Assembly: GCF_036971445.1 (NCBI RefSeq)
Contig: NC_091473.1
Span: 183,768,001 to 183,832,000 of the forward strand
Origin: Narcine bancroftii
Taxonomy: Eukaryota
Direction: 5' to 3'
Length of the DNA stretch: 64,000 nt
In this document: positions 58,201 to 64,000 of the stretch, piece by piece
Layout: each line of letters starts with the position of its first letter
Position numbering within the stretch: the stretch's first letter is position 1
Translations under genes and position numbers: made by a program
Notes under the pieces: generated by a model
The model's database searches: none
Told to the model about the DNA's origin: nothing
What the model saw: the letters and a program-made list of their open reading frames with translations, nothing else

Positions 58201-60314
58201 GTGCCACATCATTGAGCTCAGCCTCATCGACCAGGAGAAACAGAAGGTGCAGCTGTGGTCTGCCTGCGGGGCAAGCATTCTCAGGGAGCTTGACTCTGTG
58301 TCCGACCCCCCGGGAGTGTGTGATATGACGGTGTGGAGGGAGTTTCACTCTGTGTCTGAACCCAGGAGTGTGTGATGGGATGTGTGGAGGGAGTTTCACT
58401 CTGTGTCTGACCCTGGGAGTGTGTAACGGGACAGTGCAGAGGGAGCTTCACTATGTGTCTGACCCTGGGTGTGTGTGACGGGACAGTGCGGAGGGAGCTT
58501 CACTCTCTGTCTGACCCCGGGAGTGTGTGACGGGACAGTGCAGAGGGAGCTTCACTCTGTGTCTGACCCTGGGAGTGTGATGGGACAGTGCAAAGGGGAT
58601 TTGAGGAGACATTATTTGAGTCCTTGGGAGCCACCATGAATCCCAATGTTGATCTTCTGCCATCTGGTGGCGAGCTCAGGTACTGCCACCCTGCGGTCAG
58701 TGTCTACTACAGCCATGAGACATTAGGCCATTCAGCCCATCAAGTCTACCCTGCCATTCTTTCATGAGTTAGTTCATTCTTCCACTCAGCCCCACTGCCT
58801 AGCCTTCTCCCCATAATCTGGCCAATTAATTTCTGCCTCAAGGTGAGCCAACTGATTGGCTTGTTCTGAAACTGGTCATCGTCTAATCAAATTGACCCAG
58901 TTATATGGGCACATGATCCAACCAATCAGGTTTAGAGATTATACTAGTCGTCATTGTCAGGTTTTGAATGTTCTGTCACTTGGCAAATGGGAGTAGGCCA
59001 ATCAACCCATCTAGATTCTATCCCAGAGTCCCACCATCTTTACCTGGACCCAGTAACAGGACCTCATACCCCCTCGGCCTGGGAACCAAACTGAACTCCC
59101 ACCCCCTCAGGAGAGCAGGAAGATCCCAGACCTTCCCCTGAGGGATGCGAGAGGTCCAACGTCCTGAACTTCTCCCCCACCCCAAGGGACGGTTCCTGTC
59201 CCAGGGCCCAGCTCAGTGTGGGTTCTGTTCCCTCTGGTGGGTGATTCCCTACGCACGGGACGGGTTGGGTGTCCCCACCATGCAGGATTGGGATGGGTTG
59301 GGGGTCCTGTATTGGGAACGGATGGGGGTCTGGGCTGGTCAGAGGTGGGTTCTGAGAAAGGGGTTCAATGTCGATGACCCAGGGCTGACAGGGCTCATTC
59401 CCTGAACTTTCCACCTCCACAGGAACGGGAACGGGTGGAGCGGCAGCGAGAGGAGCTGCACCGGGCGCAAGAACGGCTGCAGGCAGCGCGGAGGGCGCAG
59501 GATGGTGGCAAGGAGAAGGAGGTGAACACAAATGCATGGGGCATGGTGCTCCCAGTGTGGGGTATGGAGACCGGGAACTGTGCCCGGTGCTCCCGGTGTG
59601 GGATACGGAGACGGGGAACTGTTCCCGGTGCTCCCGGTGTAGAGGATATGAGGGTGTATTCTGTTGAAGGGGGTGTTAACCCATTGTGATCTGGACTGGT
59701 GTGGGTAGGAGGCCGAGGCAGTGGACGCGGCCCAGAAGGTTTTCGAAGACTTCGAGTTCCAGATGTTGGAGAGACTGAGTGCACTGGAGGAGGAGAGAGA
59801 AACGCAGGCCAGGACCCTCCTCTGGGAGGAAATGCAGGCCCAGAGGAGGGTCACATTAAGAGAGGTAAAGGATCTACGATGATTTTGACTCCCCCGTGAC
59901 GTCTCCCAGAGACATTGGGCCTGCGGTTCAATCCCAACATCCTCAGGGTATTGGAAAATTCCTCTTCACCCCCTCCCTCCTTGGCGCCCCCTCCCTCCTC
60001 TTCGCCCCCTCCTTCCTCACCGCCCCCTCCTTCCTCACCGCCCCCTCCCTCCTCGCCGCCCCCTCCCTCCTCGCCTCCCTCACTCCTTGCCTCCCCCACT
60101 CCTCGCCTCCCCTCACTCCTCGACACCCCCCTCACTTCACCTGCAAGGAGAATCATTTTAATGCAATAATTGCAAACCCCCCCACCTCCACCAACTCCCC
60201 CAGCAGGAGAGAGTGCGGTGTTTGGAAAAGCTGATCACCTGTGTTCAAGAACGGGGACCAGACACAGGACAACATGTATCACCAGTGGATCGTGCAGTCC
60301 AAGCACAGGTACAG
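55271..60314 (+). CDS. PHLDB3: PHLDB3-like pleckstrin homology-like domain family B protein, 5' part (gene continues beyond the window)
   Basis: Well-supported exons 58112-58246 (EVALLQAELE), 59423-59521, 59709-59864 (KVFEDFEFQMLERLSALEEERE, compare PHLDB FEDLEFQQLERESRxEEE) and 60207-60314. Tentative phase-compatible upstream exons 55271-55322, 55626-55669, 56025-56093 and 56375-56467. Position next to ETHE1 supports PHLDB3. Confidence 0.75.
56600..57225 (-). mobile_element. Degraded CR1 3' fragment
   Basis: Minus-strand TVKKAKGMLSFISQGIQFWSREV; CR1-type tail. Confidence 0.65.
57400..57845. mobile_element. Two V-SINE copies in inverted (head-to-head) orientation
   Basis: Minus copy ~57400-57612 (GTACAAACTCCTCACAGACA); plus copy ~57670-57845 (GGTTCGAATCC...CCCCGTGTCTGCATGG). 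Confidence 0.65.
58112..58246 (+). CDS. PHLDB3: PHLDB3-like coiled-coil exon
   Basis: ENVEVALLQAELENEVEKLGRERRRAE...; acag/GT boundaries. Confidence 0.8.
59423..59521 (+). CDS. PHLDB3: PHLDB3-like coiled-coil exon
   Basis: ERERVERQREELHRAQERLQAARRAQ. Confidence 0.8.
59709..59864 (+). CDS. PHLDB3: PHLDB3-like exon with the FEDxEFQ motif
   Basis: EAEAVDAAQKVFEDFEFQMLERLSALEEERE. Confidence 0.85.
60207..60314 (+). CDS. PHLDB3: PHLDB3-like exon
   Basis: cagcag acceptor, ERVRCLEKLI..., donor GTGAGT, phase 0. Confidence 0.7.
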
Positions 60315-60650
60315 GTGAGTCGGTGTTTCCTGCAAACTTCTCCACCGCTAAACGCAGCTTCTATATTCGTGTGTCCATCTGAATGGCTGAGCACCTCTGG
60401 TCTGCGGAGGGTGTGGGGCTGGGGCAAGCTCCACATGATCCCGTCCCCCTTCCCCACAGTCTCTGTAAATCCCCCCTCCACCCCTCCCTGTCTCTGTAAA
60501 CCACCCCCCCCCCCATCATCTACAGCCTTCCCAGTCTCTGTAACCCCCTCCGGTTCCCCTACACCACTCCCCGTTTCTGTAACCCACTCCGGTTCCCTAC
60601 ACCCCTCCCTGCCTCTGTAACCCCAGATGTTCGCCCCCTTCCTTTCTACC

Positions 60651-63600
60651 TTTTTTTTTTAAATTTTTTATTTTTCACACCATAAATCACAATAGCCATG
60701 ATATACACTTTTTCTTTTCCACACATTTACAGTGACTTTTTCTCCCTCCCACCTCCCTCCTCCCAAGCCACCCCCCCACCCCCCCCTTCTCATCCATTTT
60801 AGGTATACAATCTAGGTTGCATTAATTCAGTTAGACAATGTTGTCATTCAACAAAAATACACCAGAAATTCTACTGAGTCCATTCTTTTCTTTTCTTCTC
60901 CTTCCATCAACTTAGGTAATGTTTGTTCCCGGTAGGTTTTCGCTATTGTATTTAATGTAAGGCTCCCATACTTGTTCGAATATTTCAATATTATTTCTTA
61001 AACTATATGTTATTTTTTCTCATGGAATACATTTATTCATTTCTATATACCATTGTTGTATTTTCAAATTATCTTCCAATTTCCAGGTTGACATAATACA
61101 TTTTTTTGCTACGGCTAGGGCTATCTTGACAAATCTTTTTTGTGCATCTTCCAAGTCAATTCCAAATTCTTTATTTTTTATGTTACTTAGGAGAAAGATC
61201 TCTGGATTCTTTGGTATATTGTTTTCTGTTATTTTATTTAATATCTGATTGAGATCATCCCAAAATTTTTCTACTCTCTCACATGTCCAGATTGCATGAA
61301 TTGTTGTTCCCCTTTCTTTTTTACATCGAAAACATCTATCAGATACTGTTGGGTCCCATTTATTTAACTTTTGCGGTGTAATGTATAGTCTGTGTAACCA
61401 ATTATATTGTATCATACGCAGCCTCGTATTTATTGTATTTCTCATCGTTCCAGAGCATAACTTCTCCCATGTTTCCTTTTTTATCTTTATATTTAAATCT
61501 TGTTCCCATTTTTGTTTAGTTTTACCATTTGTTTCCTCATTCTCCTTTTCTTGCAGTTTAATATACATATTTTTTGTAAATCTTTTGATTAACATTGTAT
61601 CTGTAATCACATATTCAAGGTTACTTCCCTCTGGTAAACTCAAGTTGCTTCCTAATTTATCTTTCAAGTAGGATCTCAGTTGGTAATATGCCAGCGCTGT
61701 ATCTCCAGTTATATTGTACTTATCTCTCATTTGTTCAAAGGATAAGAATCTACTTCCTGAAAAACAATTTTCTATTCTTTTAATCCCTTTTTTTTCCCAT
61801 TTTCTAAAGGCAAGGTTGTCTATTGTAAAAGGGAATAGCTTATTTTGCGTCAATATTAGTTTTGGTATTTGGTAATTTATTTTATTTCTTTCTACATGAA
61901 TCTTCTTCCATATATTGAGGAGATGGTGTAATACTGGAGAAGTTCTATGTTGTACCAATTTTTCGTCCCATTTATATAATATGTGTTCAGGTATCTTTTC
62001 CCCTATTTTATCTAATTCTAGTCTCGTCCAGTCTGGTTTTTCCCTTGTTTGATAAAAATCTGATAGGTACCTTAATTGTGCGGCTCTATAATAATTTTTG
62101 AAGTTTGGCAATTGTAAGCCTCCTTGTTTATACCATTCTGTTAATTTATTTAGTGCTATCCTCGGTTTCCCCCCTCTCCATAAAAATCTCCTTATTATTT
62201 TCTTTAACTCTTTGAAGAATTTTTCTGTCAGTTGTATTGGCAATGCCTGAAATAAGTATAGTATCCTTGGAAAAATGTTCATTTTAATACAGTTTATCCT
62301 TCCTATCAGTGTTAGTGGTAGCTCTTTCCAATGCTCTAAATCGTCCTGTAATTTTTTCATTAGTGGATTGTAATTGAGTTTATATAATTGGCCTAGATTT
62401 TTGTTTATTTGCACACCTAGGTATCTTATTGCCTGCGTTTGCCATCTGAATGGGGATTCCTCCTTAAATTTTGAGAAATCCGCGTTATTCATAGGCATTG
62501 CTTCACTTTTATTTACGTTTATCTTGTATCCTGACACTTCTCCATATTCCTTCAATTTCTTATATAGTTCTTTTATTGATAGTTCTGGTTCTGTTAAGTA
62601 CACTATCACATCATCCGCAAACAGACTGATTTTATATTCCCTGTCTTTTATTTTTATTCCTTTTATATTATTATCTCTTCTTATCGATTCTGCTAGTGGT
62701 TCTATAGCTAGCGCAAACAATAATGGTGATAGTGGGCATCCCTGCCGCGTTGACCTGCTTAAGTTAAATTGCTTTGATACATGTCCATTTACTGTCACTT
62801 TCGCTAACGGTCCCTCATATAATGCTTTAATCCAATTAATAAACTTCTCCGGTAAACTGAATTTTTGCAATACTTTGAACAAGTAATTCCATTCTACTCT
62901 GTCGAAGGCCTTCTCTGCATCTAAAGCAACTGCTACTGCCGGTGCTTTATTTCCTTCTACTGCATGAATTAAGTTAATAAATTTACAAATATTGTCTGTT
63001 GTGCGTCTTTTTTTGATAAATCCAGTTTGGTCTAAATTTACCATTTTCGGTACCTGTTCTGCTAATCTGTTTGCTAATAGTTTAGCTATTATCTTATAAT
63101 CTGTGTTTAACAGAGATATTGGTCTATATGACGCTGGTGAGAGTGGATCTTTCCCTTGTTTTAGTATCACTGTAATTATTGCTGTTTTACATGAATCTGG
63201 TAAGTTTTGTGTCTCATCAATCTGGTTGATTACATCCAGGAGGGGCGGTATTATTAGGTCTTTAAATGTTTTGTAGAATTCTATTGGGAGTCCATCCTCT
63301 CCTGGTGTCTTATTATTTGGTAAATTTTTTATTATCTCTTGTATTTCTACTGTTCCCAATGGTTCTGTTAATTTATTTTGTTCCTCTACTTGTAGTTTTG
63401 GTAGTTCAATTTTAGTCAAAAATTCATCTATTTTCCCTTCTTTCCCTTCGTTTTCGGTTCGGTATAATTGTTCATAGAATTCTCTGAAGTTTTCCTTAAT
63501 TTCTTTTGGATTATATGTAATTTGTTTGTCTTTTTTCCTTGTTGCCAATACCATTTTCTTAGTTTGCTCTGTCTTAAGCTGCCATGCTAAGATTTTGTGT

Positions 63601-64000
63601 GTTTTTTCACCTAGTTCATAATATTTCTGTTTTGTCTTCATTATATTCTTCTCCACCTTATATGTTTGTAATGTTTCATATTTTATTTTTTTATCCGCCA
63701 ATTCTCTTCTTTTGGTTGTATCTTCCTTTATTGCTAATTTTTTTTCTATGTTTATTATTTCCCTTTCCAACTGCTCTGTTTCCTGATTATAGTCCTTCTT
63801 CATCTTGGTTGCGTAACTTATTATTTGCCCTCTAATGAATGCTTTCATTGCGTCCCATAGTATAAACTTATCTTCCACTGATTCCGTATTTACTTCAAAG
63901 TACATTTTTAACTGTTTTTCAATAAATTCTCTAAAATCCTGTCTTTTAAGTAGCATGGGGTTTAATCTCCATCTATACATTCTTGGAGGGATGTCCTCTA
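60651..64000 (-). mobile_element. Young L1-clade LINE (family A): ORF2 RT and C-terminal domain, 3'UTR and poly(A); continues beyond the window
   Basis: 986-aa open frame with YRPISLLNTD, LDAEKAFD, RQGCPLSP, FADD and CxxC...HxxxxC; poly(T) on plus at ~60651; near-identical to the L1 at 34393-41841 where they overlap. Confidence 0.95.

Overview
Eukaryotic, vertebrate genomic DNA. The repeat content (HE1/V-type SINEs, CR1, RTE, Rex1/Babar, Penelope, L1, GC-rich 38- and 52-bp satellites) suggests a cartilaginous fish, probably a ray; this is inference. The window holds three spliced genes that I reconstructed by hand from GT-AG sites and exon phases. XRCC1 is complete on the minus strand (17 coding exons, 23687->6715, about 627 aa). 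ETHE1 persulfide dioxygenase is complete on the plus strand, head-to-head with XRCC1 (7 exons, 25912->43362, about 272 aa). A PHLDB3-like coiled-coil gene follows on the plus strand (5' part only, ~55271->60314, continuing beyond the window). Most striking structures: (1) ETHE1's last exon, 3'UTR and flank are tandemly repeated four times, and two extra copies keep an in-phase acceptor, the LRCG cysteine and an ATTAAA signal, so they may be alternative terminal exons; (2) ETHE1 intron 4 contains a 5'-complete but 3'-truncated L1 with a perfect 15-bp TSD (internal-priming signature), which hosts two RTEs, one with a twin-priming-type 5' inversion; (3) an L1 sits exactly at the poly(A) signal of the fourth ETHE1 exon copy; (4) an orphan E2F/CHR/CCAAT CpG promoter lies near 2 kb. 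Nearly all long ORFs in the track outside LINEs are translations of tandem repeats. I found no prokaryotic-type system. Repeat boundaries are approximate.
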